A stretch of DNA of 64,000 nucleotides from a bacterium (GCA_963663405.2 CAXXSM010000104.1:1-64000), one strand, 5' to 3'; counted from the stretch's first letter, positions 39,282-50,163 are shown. Notes: generated from the sequence alone by a model not told the origin. Numbers and translations are program-made.

Positions 39282-39643
39282 ACTGAAGGTTGAAGGTTAG
39301 TTCTCAAAACCTTTGGCCTTCGGATAAAATATTTTCGAAAATGAGGGGATGAATTGAAGGGTAGAGATAATTATCTGTCAATTCGGATCAAAAATGGGAT
39401 TTTTACTTTGGATTAACAAAATTTACATAAAACAAATAAACTGTTAAATGGGAGAAAAAAAGATCCTGCAAGTCTAAACTTTCCCGTATATTGTGTATAG
39501 TAATCTTGCCAACATCTATATCTATGAATTTATGTATTCGTTTTGACTTTTTGCCGTTTTGTCAATTGTGAATTATAATTCTGCATGCGTAATAGTACCG
39601 GCTTACTATGAAATTCCATTTATCCTTACAAAAGGTCTGATTA

Positions 39644-40753
39644 ATGAAATCGAGAAAAGTACAGATTCTGCTCGCCGTTTTGATCGGCGTGACTTGTTTG
39701 GTCCTGTTTATATGTGGCATGGACTGGAAGGAAGTGATCGCGGCTATCGCCGGGGCGAATTATGGATGGGTATTGGCCGCTGTGTTTATTGGTTATTTAT
39801 CTATGCTGATCCGCGCGATCCGCTGGCAGTCGTTTTTAGGCGATCCGAAGGTCACAATTGGTAAATTATTTCTGATTATGAATATTGGCTTTATGGGAAA
39901 TGGAGTGTTTCCCGCGCGAATGGGGGAATTGATACGGCCTTTTTTAGCGGGCCGGTATACTGATCACCGGTTTTCCAAAGCGCTTGCGACAATTGTGGTT
40001 GAGCGAATCTTTGATTTATTAGGATTATTAGTGATTCTGGCGTATGTGTTTTATGTATTCCCTTTTCCCATTGATCCCGCCAGTAATACAGTGTCAGAGG
40101 AAATCGCCGCGTTGGCGGGAACGGAACAAAGTAATGTGATTCTCTATGTGAAAGAATTTGCGAAATATGGAGTTTTCGCTTTTATCATTTTATTTTCGGC
40201 GATTGGCGTATTAACATACGCGCCTAATTGGAGTCTAAAAGTGTCCGCCTGGATGCTGAAGCCATTACCTGTCTCATTTTCGTCAAAGTTGCTGCACATG
40301 ATCAAGTCATTTGAAGACGGCGCGTCCACTCTCCGGCGTCCCCTTTCGTTTCTTTTTTGTCTCGCACTGACGTTGTTGCTATGGTTGACGATCGCCTATA
40401 GTGAATTGCTGATTTTATGGGCGTTTGGTGTGACGGAGGTGGGTTTCAACGGCGCTCTATTTTTCATGGTTGGTTTGTGTTTCGCTGTGATGTTTCCTCA
40501 GCTCCCCGGTTACATTGGCGTGTATCAAGGCGCCGCTGTTTTACTTTTAACGAGCGCATTTTTAGTCGACAAGGATATCGCCGGGGCCGTCGCTTTGGTC
40601 ATGTGGTTCTCTCAAGTGCCGCCGGTGATCATTTTAGGATTTGTGAGTCTTTTGATTATGGGAATCTCGTTTCGGGAGATCAGTCACGTGCGCGAGGAGA
40701 TCCCTTCCCAGGAGAGCGAAGGGGCGCCTCTCGCGGTAGAATCTGAATCGTAA
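39644..40753 (+). CDS. Lysylphosphatidylglycerol synthase TM / flippase-like membrane protein
   Basis: RAIRW, N..FPARMGELIR, ATIVVERIFD, PQLPGYIGVYQ; many TM helices. Confidence 0.88.
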   Translation: MKSRKVQILLAVLIGVTCLVLFICGMDWKEVIAAIAGANYGWVLAAVFIGYLSMLIRAIRWQSFLGDPKVTIGKLFLIMNIGFMGNGVFPARMGELIRPFLAGRYTDHRFSKALATIVVERIFDLLGLLVILAYVFYVFPFPIDPASNTVSEEIAALAGTEQSNVILYVKEFAKYGVFAFIILFSAIGVLTYAPNWSLKVSAWMLKPLPVSFSSKLLHMIKSFEDGASTLRRPLSFLFCLALTLLLWLTIAYSELLILWAFGVTEVGFNGALFFMVGLCFAVMFPQLPGYIGVYQGAAVLLLTSAFLVDKDIAGAVALVMWFSQVPPVIILGFVSLLIMGISFREISHVREEIPSQESEGAPLAVESES

Positions 40754-40756
40754 ACC

Positions 40757-41218
40757 ATGCAGCTGCTCTATGACCGGGATATCGAGACGCCGGAGAGTCT
40801 CTTGGAATGGGTGAAAGAGACGGGTGTCACTTTGGTGATGGAAGAACGCGGCCGGTATCCCACCCGCCCCCTTCTGTTTTCTGAATACCAGTATGATCCC
40901 CCCACGATCCGCGTCTACCGCTATCTTCCTATGGAAGAATGGCTCAATCTGATGTGTCAGCATCATGTGGGGTATTATGGGCCTTGGTATTGCCTGCACG
41001 TCGCGTTCCGGTTTTATTATCATCTGGAGATGTACGGCTTGTATGAAATCGAACGGAGTTGGTTTCAGCGCTTGTTCGGCAAACTGGATACACTGGATGA
41101 ACGGGCGTATCTGTTCGCAAAACAAGTCTTAGGCGCGCTGCATTCCCCTGCCCGTTTTGACGCCGTGGTTGAACAGTCGTTCCGGCCGGATTCAATGAAC
41201 GTTCCACAAAATCCCTGA
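40757..41218 (+). CDS. Hypothetical protein (possibly degenerate zincin-like fold)
   Basis: Starts 3 bp after the upstream stop; I.VY segment, LHVAFRFYYHLE, ERAYLFA. Confidence 0.7.
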   Translation: MQLLYDRDIETPESLLEWVKETGVTLVMEERGRYPTRPLLFSEYQYDPPTIRVYRYLPMEEWLNLMCQHHVGYYGPWYCLHVAFRFYYHLEMYGLYEIERSWFQRLFGKLDTLDERAYLFAKQVLGALHSPARFDAVVEQSFRPDSMNVPQNP

Positions 41219-41327
41219 CCAAGCGGTTCCATTTCTATCATGCTTTCTTGACATAGATTGGAAGATCAGTCATTGTTAATACATCGATGTTCGTTTGATA
41301 TGAACTCCTGTGTAAAATAATGATTGT

Positions 41328-42224
41328 ATGAGGAAAATCATGAAGCGAAGAGACTTCATCAAAACAACCGGCGGCGCTCTTCTGGCTACGAGCGCTATAA
41401 TGGGAGCCGCCGAAGCGAGTGAGGCTATTGTGAAAGGAAAATTCGAAATCTCCATCGCCGCTTGGTCCTGGCACCGGATGTTCTTTGAAGGCGCCATTAA
41501 GCAGATCGATCAACCCCGATTGGCCCGTGAGGCGGGAGCGACCGGGCTTGAACTGGTCAATTCGTTCTTCCCCTCCCCCCAATACAGCTATTTGAAGAAT
41601 CTCATGAAAGTTGCGGATAATGAGGGAATCAAGATTCTCTTGATTATGTGCGATGATGAAGGAGATATGTCCTCTCCCAATTTCAAAGAACGGAGACAGG
41701 CGGTTGTGAATCATCGCAAATGGCTGGATATCGCCTCCGTGTTGGGGTGTCATTCCATCCGTGTCAATTCGGGCGTGAAGAACGTCTCCCCGGAAGAGGA
41801 TATGAAAGCCGCCGCCGACAGTTTTTGGGAACTTTGTGAATACGCCCGTCAGTATTCGATCAACGTGATTATCGAAAACCACTGGCAGCGTACGGAAAAT
41901 CCCCAATGGCTGGTGGATCTGGTCAAAATGGTTGGCTCCGATAATTTCGGTACGCTTCCAGACTTTGGCAATTATCCGGAAAGCGTGAATAAATACGACG
42001 CGCTCAAATTGACTATGCCCTACGCCAAAGCCGTCAGTGCGAAATGCTATGATTTCGATGAAAACGGGGATCATGTCAGTTATGATTTCGAGCGGATGAT
42101 GAAAATCGTATTCGACGCGGGGTATCATGGATACGTCGGCGTCGAATATGAGGGTCGTCGATTGAGTGAATCGGAAGGCGTTAAAGCCTGTGTGAAATTA
42201 TTGAACCGATTTCGCGAAGTGTAA
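41328..42224 (+). CDS. Tat-exported sugar phosphate isomerase/epimerase (AP endonuclease 2 TIM barrel)
   Basis: KRRDFIK Tat motif; GCHSIRVN, IIENH, LPDFGN, SAK, GYVGVEYEG. Confidence 0.92.
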   Translation: MRKIMKRRDFIKTTGGALLATSAIMGAAEASEAIVKGKFEISIAAWSWHRMFFEGAIKQIDQPRLAREAGATGLELVNSFFPSPQYSYLKNLMKVADNEGIKILLIMCDDEGDMSSPNFKERRQAVVNHRKWLDIASVLGCHSIRVNSGVKNVSPEEDMKAAADSFWELCEYARQYSINVIIENHWQRTENPQWLVDLVKMVGSDNFGTLPDFGNYPESVNKYDALKLTMPYAKAVSAKCYDFDENGDHVSYDFERMMKIVFDAGYHGYVGVEYEGRRLSESEGVKACVKLLNRFREV

Positions 42225-42305
42225 TCGAATTGATCCACGCGGGAGAAAGATGGACCGCGATTGATGAGTAGTTTTTGCTTTTCGATAGATATTTCTATGG
42301 CTTAT

Positions 42306-42333
42306 GGCGGGAATTCTCCCGCCTTCGTTTTTT
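42306..42333 (+). terminator. Intrinsic terminator
   Basis: GGCGGGA-ATTC-TCCCGCC followed by TTCGTTTTTT. Confidence 0.75.
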
Positions 42334-42374
42334 CCATTCATGCTTCATCTTTCCGAACATAAGGAGAATCGCTG

Positions 42375-45300
42375 ATGATTTCACGAATCCACATATTTTT
42401 GTTTGTTATCTTCTCGATCTTTCCGATTTCCAGGGTGGTTTCTTCGAATGAATTGTCTCCAACCATAGTTGACGCGAAACCGGCTCCTGCTGATGAGGTT
42501 GTAGGAGAACGTCCATATGAGATGGTTTGGGCGGACCGCAAACCCCTTAGGACTCCTTTGATCAACTTCGATTCGTTAGAGGGATGGACGCTTGAATGCG
42601 CTCACGGCGCCGTGGGGGATCTTTTTGTTTCCCGGAAGCAGCGTGTGTGGGAGTCTCCCGTGGCCCGGTTGGTGTATAGAGGCGTGTCCAAAGAAAGCGC
42701 TCTTGTTTTGCGGGCTCCTGAACCAATCGCGATCCCTTTGCCAGCGTCAGCGGTGACTGTTTGGATGTATGGCAACAACTGGTCGTGGGTACCTGATCCC
42801 ACAACGCCGCAAGTTGACGTCAGTCTATTGGTCCAAGATGGGAAGGGAAAAGAAACCGATCTTCCCATTACCCGTGTGCGTTGGAAAGAGTGGTGGCTGG
42901 TACATAAGGTTCTGCCGGAAGAATTGCGGACAAGTGAGTCACTTTTTCTCGTTGGGATTCGCGTGACGGGCGCCGCCAACCAAGAGGACCGGGAATTGTA
43001 TTTTGAGGATTTGGTCTTCTTTCAGGAATCGTTAGAACCGATCTCGTTTGAATCCCGGCCCAAGCGGGGGATCGATCCTTTTCCCGGACAGTCTCCCGGC
43101 GCCAATACAGGGCCTGGGCGCCTGCCATTCCCAACACGGGAAAAGACGATTCTTCCTGATAATTTGACAGCTGATTATAAGAATGAACTGGTGAAGACGG
43201 ATAAAGGGTTTTGTTTTCGGTATACTGGCTCTGATACGGTTTTGGAATATGAACGGCAAGCGGGGGATTCATTTAATAACCCGGTTATGGTGAAACGGAA
43301 CGGTGAATTCATCGCAAAAACGTTGGCCGGGGCGGGCCCTGTGTTTGAACGTGAATTAGAAAATATTCAACCGGTCAAAAGAGAGATTCGCGAAGGCTCC
43401 GTTCTTCATGAACTCTGGCGGGGAACGTTGGGGGAGAAGAGTGTTGATATAGAGATCGATTTCCGGATCTGGGGAAAATCTTTGGTTGTGGACTATATCT
43501 GCCGGGGCGGTTCCGCGCAGGAATTATCCTATGGTTGGATCGAAGAGGTGGAAAAACCGGAACTGATTCTGCTTCCCTATCTGAATTACAACGGACATCA
43601 CTTGAACGTTTTGCTCTCACGCGGGGAACAGCCGTTTTTCGCCTCGGTTTGGATGGACTGGTATCGAACGAACGCTTCAAAGCCATACGCGGTGGATGAG
43701 ATTGCAGACAATCGCATTCGATTAAATGGAGGAACGCAGTATCTACCCAAAACGGATGGGAAGCGGAATGATCTTTTCGAACGAGTGTTCATCACCTTCT
43801 CACCCATGTTTGAGGAAACGCTGTTCACCATCGCCAATCCACCCGCGAAACAGGGGATGGAAGCGGGCCGCCGTCTTTGGCAGGAAAGCTGGGGGCCATC
43901 GGATTATCAGCGTGAGCATGAGCGCTCAAAAAAACTGCGAGCGTATGGCATTGAAATGCTGACGCAGTGCAATCACGAGATTACCTGGCGGGACAGCGGG
44001 GAGAGTTTCACGTACAGGACGCAAGCCGCCCCCAAGCGGGGAGGCGATGAAGCCTTGAAACAATACGTGGCGGCGCAGAAATCCCTCGGCTGGCGGTCTG
44101 GGTTGTATACAAATTACTGCGACTTCACACCCACGAACGCGCATTGGAACGTGGATATGGTCATGCGCAATTCCAACAGCGATCTTGTGACCGCCTGGCC
44201 TCGATGTTATTCGGCGAAAGCGCTCTACGCTGTCGAGATGGACCGGAAACTGGCTCCGGTTATCCAGAAAAAATTCAACTCCAACGCCGCGTATACCGAT
44301 GTGCATACCTCCGTCTCACCCTGGGACCGGAACGATTACGACGCCCGCGTTCCGGGGGCGGGCGCGATGGCTTCGACGTTCTACGCGTATGGTGAATTGC
44401 TTCTTCACGATCAGGACGTCTACGATGGGCACTGCTGGTCGGAAGGGAATCATCAATGGCTCTACGCGGGGCTCTGCACGGGGAATTATGGATTGACGTA
44501 CAGCAGTCTCAAGTTGTGGGAGTATCCCTATCTGCCGCATTTCGATCTGCTTATAATGCATCCCCTCAGCGTCGATATGGGCGTTCCCTGGACGGGGCAG
44601 TTTTTCCGGGGAAAGGAGGGCTGGAACGACAAATCCCGGATTGAAGCGAGTATTGATCAATTCATCGCCGCCACGATCGCTTACGGGCATATTGGATGGC
44701 TGGTCGAAGAAACCCACGGCATTCGACAGACCTGCCGCAGTTATTATATGCTGCAGCAATTGCAGAGCCGGTATGTGATGCGAAAACCGGTTGAGATTCT
44801 ATACGGAACGGAATCCGGCTTGGTATCTTCGTCCGAGGCGTTTCTTACAGGCGCATGGAAGGAATCACGCCTTTTTATCCGCTATCCAAACGATCTTCAA
44901 ATCTGGGTGAATGGGAACGCGGATCAACCGTGGGACATTACATATGAAGGGAAAACCTATCGATTGGGGCCTTATGGATGGCTTGCGGTTAAGCCGGATG
45001 AATTCTTCGAGGCGTCGTTACTCGTGGATGATAAACGCTGGGATTTTGTCAGCGCGGCGGAATACGTGTTCCTCGATGGTCGTGGGCAGTATCGCGAAAC
45101 GGATGGCGTTGGCTCAGCGGGAAGCCTGGCTGTCCGGCCAGCGGAGGATGGGAACGGATTGTCGATTATTGCAGTAGAGGGTATCGATCAGATCACTTTG
45201 CAATCGGTGGAAAAAACATATGAAGAGGGGGATGTCCGGGGTGCGATCGAGCGAACCGCGAAAGCCGCTACTTTAACCGCTGAAGCCTTCGATGTGGAAG

Positions 45301-45401
45301 GCCATTCGCTTGGATCTCCTAAGATGGAAAAGAAGGAATCCGGTTGGTATGTTTTCCCGATCAATGGGGCGATCCGGTATGAGATCCGGATCAAGGAGTA
45401 A
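42375..45401 (+). CDS. Large secreted protein, putative glycoside hydrolase (GH101/GH129/DUF5696-like TIM-barrel core)
   Basis: AAGGAG RBS and signal peptide; GGDEALK...GWRSGLYTNYCD, AAYTDVHT, WSEG. The family call is an impression from motif spacing. Confidence 0.6.
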   Translation: MISRIHIFLFVIFSIFPISRVVSSNELSPTIVDAKPAPADEVVGERPYEMVWADRKPLRTPLINFDSLEGWTLECAHGAVGDLFVSRKQRVWESPVARLVYRGVSKESALVLRAPEPIAIPLPASAVTVWMYGNNWSWVPDPTTPQVDVSLLVQDGKGKETDLPITRVRWKEWWLVHKVLPEELRTSESLFLVGIRVTGAANQEDRELYFEDLVFFQESLEPISFESRPKRGIDPFPGQSPGANTGPGRLPFPTREKTILPDNLTADYKNELVKTDKGFCFRYTGSDTVLEYERQAGDSFNNPVMVKRNGEFIAKTLAGAGPVFERELENIQPVKREIREGSVLHELWRGTLGEKSVDIEIDFRIWGKSLVVDYICRGGSAQELSYGWIEEVEKPELILLPYLNYNGHHLNVLLSRGEQPFFASVWMDWYRTNASKPYAVDEIADNRIRLNGGTQYLPKTDGKRNDLFERVFITFSPMFEETLFTIANPPAKQGMEAGRRLWQESWGPSDYQREHERSKKLRAYGIEMLTQCNHEITWRDSGESFTYRTQAAPKRGGDEALKQYVAAQKSLGWRSGLYTNYCDFTPTNAHWNVDMVMRNSNSDLVTAWPRCYSAKALYAVEMDRKLAPVIQKKFNSNAAYTDVHTSVSPWDRNDYDARVPGAGAMASTFYAYGELLLHDQDVYDGHCWSEGNHQWLYAGLCTGNYGLTYSSLKLWEYPYLPHFDLLIMHPLSVDMGVPWTGQFFRGKEGWNDKSRIEASIDQFIAATIAYGHIGWLVEETHGIRQTCRSYYMLQQLQSRYVMRKPVEILYGTESGLVSSSEAFLTGAWKESRLFIRYPNDLQIWVNGNADQPWDITYEGKTYRLGPYGWLAVKPDEFFEASLLVDDKRWDFVSAAEYVFLDGRGQYRETDGVGSAGSLAVRPAEDGNGLSIIAVEGIDQITLQSVEKTYEEGDVRGAIERTAKAATLTAEAFDVEGHSLGSPKMEKKESGWYVFPINGAIRYEIRIKE

Positions 45402-45520
45402 TATTGCTGTTATTATCGATTGCGTAAACGCTGTCCGCTGTGGCTTCTCCCTTTGGGGGATTGGCGCCATGATATTTTACTAGTTATTCATTTCATTACC
45501 GGCCTGATACAACGATTATA

Positions 45521-46615
45521 ATGGATTTAAGAATGATTGAAGAGAAAGTGTGTTCCGGCGCCCGGATTGAGGAGGGGGAGGCTGTATTCCTATTCAACTC
45601 CAATGACATTCACGCTTTGGGGCGTATGGCGGAAAGCGTTTACCGGCGTTGGAATGAGAACCGCGCGTATTATATCGTGAACCGGCATATCAATTACAGC
45701 AATGTCTGTATGGACTCATGCTGGTTCTGCGCCTATTCGCGAAAAGCGGGGCGGGAAGGCGCGTTTACTTATACGATTGAAGATATGTTGGAATTCGCTG
45801 AACGGGGCGCGGAAGAAGGGGCCGTGGAATTTCATATCGTCGGCGGCCTGCATCCGGAACTACCCTATTCGTATTACGTGGATCTCTTACGGGCGTTGCG
45901 CGCGCGGTTTCCACACATTCATTTGAAATGCTTCACGGCGGCGGAGATCTCTCATTTCGCGCGATTGACCGGGAAATCAATTGAAGAGATCCTTAATGTA
46001 CTGATTGACGCGGGGCTTGGTTCGATACCGGGCGGTGGCGCGGAGATGTTCGCAAAGCGTGTGCGGGAGAAGATCTGCCCGCATAAGCTCTATGTTGACG
46101 AGTGGCTGGACGTCCATCGAACCGCGCACAATTTGGGTTTGCGCAGCAATGCGACGATGCTTTATGGTCATATCGAACGTCCGGAAGAGATTGTCGATCA
46201 CCTGTCTCACATCCGCGCGCTACAGGATGAAACGGGGGGATTCATGACTTTTATTCCGCTTCATTTTAGGCCGCGAAATACCCGTCTGGGTGGTCTTTCC
46301 TGCACGGGATTGAAGGACCTGAAGGTCCATGCCATATCCCGGATCTATCTTGACAACGTTCCTCACATCAAGGCGTATTGGACCATGCTGGGCGTAAAAA
46401 CCGCGCAGACGATGCTGCGGTACGGCGCGGATGATTTTGATGGAACCGTTGTCAATGAAAAAATCGGCCATATGGCGGGCGCGGATTCCCCGCAATCGCT
46501 GTCCGTCAACCGCATCCGCTATTTGATCAATGAAGCGGGAAGGGAAGCGATTGAGCGGGATACATTGTTTAATCCAATTTCAAGAATCAGACCGGTTTCG
46601 GTGGATCTTACATAA
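45521..46615 (+). CDS. mqnE: Aminofutalosine synthase (radical SAM, futalosine menaquinone pathway)
   Basis: NRHINYSNVCMDSCWFC, HIVGGLHP, PGGGAE, SNATMLYGHIE, HIKAYW, DGTV.EKI.HMAGA.SP. Confidence 0.88.
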   Translation: MDLRMIEEKVCSGARIEEGEAVFLFNSNDIHALGRMAESVYRRWNENRAYYIVNRHINYSNVCMDSCWFCAYSRKAGREGAFTYTIEDMLEFAERGAEEGAVEFHIVGGLHPELPYSYYVDLLRALRARFPHIHLKCFTAAEISHFARLTGKSIEEILNVLIDAGLGSIPGGGAEMFAKRVREKICPHKLYVDEWLDVHRTAHNLGLRSNATMLYGHIERPEEIVDHLSHIRALQDETGGFMTFIPLHFRPRNTRLGGLSCTGLKDLKVHAISRIYLDNVPHIKAYWTMLGVKTAQTMLRYGADDFDGTVVNEKIGHMAGADSPQSLSVNRIRYLINEAGREAIERDTLFNPISRIRPVSVDLT

Positions 46616-46701
46616 GGCGTATTGAATTTGGTTGAGAAGTTCTTTAAGGCAGTTTTAAGTTCGAGAATCTTCTAAGATATAAATTAATTTGCTAAACAAA
46701 C

Positions 46702-48639
46702 ATGAGGAGAATGATCGTGATAGTGAGATACGTTATCATTATTTTATTCCTGTTTGTATCATTCTCTTTTGCAGATGATCCTGAACTTATTATTGGTTAT
46801 AAAGATGTGTATGACGCGGAGCACTCGCATGATACTACAAGAATTGCTGTCGCGACGGATTTAGGTATATTTATTTTTGAAACAGAGACCATGAATCTTT
46901 TGTCATATCGTCTTTTTGATCTTGGTTTGAAATACCTGGATTGGTCTCCAAATGACAATTATATATTTGCTTCTTATATATCTGCCACGAATCCGTCAGC
47001 ACAAGAAAATTATATCCTTGATTCCAGTTCTTTGGAAACGATCATCATAATAGAGGATAGTCTAGAATTTAATATTGTTGGCCCATCACCAGCATATAAA
47101 GTCTGGAATATCCATTCGGATAAAACCGTCGCATTCGATTCGACTGAAGAATATTTTTATTATTTGGATAATCAATATCTTAAAAGAATTAATATAAATA
47201 ATGATGCAACAGAGTTCATTTTTACTATTGATGGAAGACTTCTTTATGCATTTGATTTTTTAGAGGATGAAAACAATATGTGGATATCAACACATGATAG
47301 ACAAATGTATGTATATGATATCCAAACGATGGAAATAATTACTGATGTTTCAACACGTGGATACATAGTCGATGTATCTCCAAATGCGCGCTATTTATTG
47401 ACATATTATGTTTTTTATATGTATGAGCAACTAACAACAAGCGATGATCTAATTATAATTGAAGACTATGAATATCATACTTTATACCAAGATTATGTGG
47501 GAACATTAAACTATATGAATAAGTTCATTATTATCGACGATGATAACATTTTTGCAAGTAGTTGGACTGGGCAAATATTCACGTACGATGTAACGAACGA
47601 CAAGTTCCAAAATATACGTAAATATTCTACATTTCGTGGTATGATATATTCACAATTAGGGACTCCAGTTTCTTTAAGCAGAAATTCAATATTATATAAT
47701 CGTTATACTATATCCCCATATATGTGGGAATATCTTTGGATAGAGGATATCAATAGACAGTTATTACCTTTATACAACAATAATTTATTAACTTTCAAAA
47801 ATGCTTCAGACACACACCTTATACTTGAAAGTCCTTTCAAACATCTCGATGTAATCTCCCAGGACAAAATTGACAATGCGACAGAAGAAACCGAGTATGA
47901 ATTTATTGAGCCTAGCGTGTTCTCCGATGATGATACTCTATTCGCATCACTAACTGATATTAATGAACTTCAGATATGGGATGCAAGTGAAAGGATATTT
48001 TTAAAAAAAGATATAACTGATGCTACAGCCAGTTCTTTTCAAATTTCTTTTTCATCAGACAATCGCTTTCTCGCATTGGCGCAAAATCAGATTCTATTAT
48101 ACGACAGGCAGAATGATTGGACGAAAATAGTCCTCGAAGAACATATGGGATCAGTCTATGCTATTGACTTTGGTACAGATACAAACAACTTAGTCAGTTG
48201 TGGAGAAGATGGGAAGATCATTGTATGGGATCTAAATTCAATGGAAGGCGAAACGATCCTCCAGATAGATCAATCTATCAAATTTGTATCCTATTTTAAA
48301 GATAATTCGATATTGTATGTCACAAAGAATGGAGCGTTCTATCATTTGCTAAATGGCGAATCTGTATTATTAAATGATGAACTAAACCTAGAAGATACCC
48401 ATGCCATAGCGATTACGGATGACAAAAAATACCTCATCATAGACGGTCATGTATTCGATACAAAATCAGGTAGGAAACTCGGAGCCTTCAACCACGAGAC
48501 ACCATACAAAAAGATTGATGTATCAGCAGATAATCAATGGATTGGCGTCCTCCAAGAAGACAGAGTCGTACGAATCAAGAATTTTCAAAACATCATCAAA
48601 CAGCAATCTAATGTCGATCAATATCAGTTTTTGAAATGA
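46702..48639 (+). CDS. Secreted WD40/beta-propeller protein, AT-rich gene
   Basis: Signal peptide; WSPN, FSDD, FSSD repeats and a canonical blade EEHMGSVYAIDF...LVSCGEDGKIIVWD. Confidence 0.82.
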   Translation: MRRMIVIVRYVIIILFLFVSFSFADDPELIIGYKDVYDAEHSHDTTRIAVATDLGIFIFETETMNLLSYRLFDLGLKYLDWSPNDNYIFASYISATNPSAQENYILDSSSLETIIIIEDSLEFNIVGPSPAYKVWNIHSDKTVAFDSTEEYFYYLDNQYLKRININNDATEFIFTIDGRLLYAFDFLEDENNMWISTHDRQMYVYDIQTMEIITDVSTRGYIVDVSPNARYLLTYYVFYMYEQLTTSDDLIIIEDYEYHTLYQDYVGTLNYMNKFIIIDDDNIFASSWTGQIFTYDVTNDKFQNIRKYSTFRGMIYSQLGTPVSLSRNSILYNRYTISPYMWEYLWIEDINRQLLPLYNNNLLTFKNASDTHLILESPFKHLDVISQDKIDNATEETEYEFIEPSVFSDDDTLFASLTDINELQIWDASERIFLKKDITDATASSFQISFSSDNRFLALAQNQILLYDRQNDWTKIVLEEHMGSVYAIDFGTDTNNLVSCGEDGKIIVWDLNSMEGETILQIDQSIKFVSYFKDNSILYVTKNGAFYHLLNGESVLLNDELNLEDTHAIAITDDKKYLIIDGHVFDTKSGRKLGAFNHETPYKKIDVSADNQWIGVLQEDRVVRIKNFQNIIKQQSNVDQYQFLK

Positions 48640-48728
48640 GGAGACCAATGCAGGAAATACCGTTTTCATTTCCATATTGTTGAATTATAAAAAACTGAAA
48701 GTTAAGGTAATGGGGGAGAGAGTATTTT

Positions 48729-50060
48729 ATGGTTGATTTACCGATTGCGTTCAAAGAGATTGAACTGATTATCCTGGATATGGACGGTGTCATCACCAGC
48801 GAGCACGCCTATTGGGACGCGGCGGGATTGGTGATTCGCGATCTGCTGGAAAGTTCCGCGTTTTTGGGGTTAAGCCCACCCGATTATAAACCGGTTTCGT
48901 CCATATTTTACAGCCGCCTGTCACAAGCGTCACGGACGGAATGGAGGAAATACCTTCCTGCGGAATTGATCGCATATTGTAAATCGAGGGGAATTAACAG
49001 CAACTGGGACTTGGCGTACTTAGTCGCTGGATTGTATCTTGCGCCGCTCTTTGCCTCTCCACTGGCCCTGCTCGCTTCGGAATATGCGCCGAAAGAGAAG
49101 AAGCCGAAACCTGGGAAGGAATCGTTAACCATCCGATACGGTGGTGAAGATTCCATCGAAAGGCTCCAAGAATCCCTCGCTCCAATCTGGGATGATTTGA
49201 TCGGGCGTATCCAGAAAAAACAGTGGGGAGAATTGCTCCGGCTGAGTGAATTGCACTATTGGGGCGCGTATTTCCGGCGGCAAGGGCATATCGTATCCCC
49301 GGTTCATCACGTTGAATTCCGGATTATGGACGATTTCACTCCCGGCGTGCAAGGGCTGAAATTGCTGGATGCGCTGAACACGCTGCTTTCAGATTACGCA
49401 GTTTATCACTGGGCTGTATTCGGGCGGAATACCGTATTTTGGGATGAATGTCAGGATCTGTTTCAAGGCTGGTATCTAGGAGAGAAACTTTACGAGGAAA
49501 CGTATGGACAGCCGTTGCTCTATACCCCCAAACCGGGATTGGTCCATCAAGAAGAGCCGCTTCATGGCCGCAAGAAAACCCACGCCGCGCTCTCTCGCCT
49601 GCGGGACGCTGGATACCATCTTGGGATCGCTACAGGACGGCCCCGGATGGAGATTTTGACTCCCCTTACACACTGGGAGATGGATCGCTATTTCGATCTC
49701 AATCGAATCGTGACTCATGATGAGGTGGAAGAGGCGGAGAAGGAACTGCGGGTGAAGGGAGATCTCACAAACATCGGCAAACCGCATCCCTTTGTGTTTC
49801 TTCAATCTATCTATCCGGAAAAGAAGGCGCTGGACCTTATTCACACCGGTGAACGAATTCCGGATTATCGGAAAGTCCTAATTGTCGGTGACGCGCCGGC
49901 GGACTTGTGGGCGGCCCGGGAAATCGGCTGCCCCAGCGTGGGGCTTCTCTCTGGAGCGATCGGCCCCGCTGGACGCAGGCGGCTGGAAGAAACCAAACCG
50001 AGTGTGATCTGTCAGAATATTTTGGAACTGGCGGACGCGCTGGTTTCATTGAAACGGTAA
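48729..50060 (+). CDS. HAD-superfamily hydrolase with large cap insertion
   Basis: Motif I LDMDGVI, NSNWD, motif II IATGR, GKPHP, motif IV VGDAPAD. Confidence 0.88.
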   Translation: MVDLPIAFKEIELIILDMDGVITSEHAYWDAAGLVIRDLLESSAFLGLSPPDYKPVSSIFYSRLSQASRTEWRKYLPAELIAYCKSRGINSNWDLAYLVAGLYLAPLFASPLALLASEYAPKEKKPKPGKESLTIRYGGEDSIERLQESLAPIWDDLIGRIQKKQWGELLRLSELHYWGAYFRRQGHIVSPVHHVEFRIMDDFTPGVQGLKLLDALNTLLSDYAVYHWAVFGRNTVFWDECQDLFQGWYLGEKLYEETYGQPLLYTPKPGLVHQEEPLHGRKKTHAALSRLRDAGYHLGIATGRPRMEILTPLTHWEMDRYFDLNRIVTHDEVEEAEKELRVKGDLTNIGKPHPFVFLQSIYPEKKALDLIHTGERIPDYRKVLIVGDAPADLWAAREIGCPSVGLLSGAIGPAGRRRLEETKPSVICQNILELADALVSLKR

Positions 50061-50163
50061 GATTTTGGATGCGTGTTGATCCACGGAATTCTTTCCTTGT
50101 ATCAGGTCAGGCGCATAAAGAGATAAGATTAAGATAATCATATTGAAAAGCATGAAAAGAGAT

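Noticed and set aside
41238-42128. 296-aa minus-strand ORF
   Set aside because: Antisense shadow of the well-supported Tat TIM-barrel gene; no motifs.
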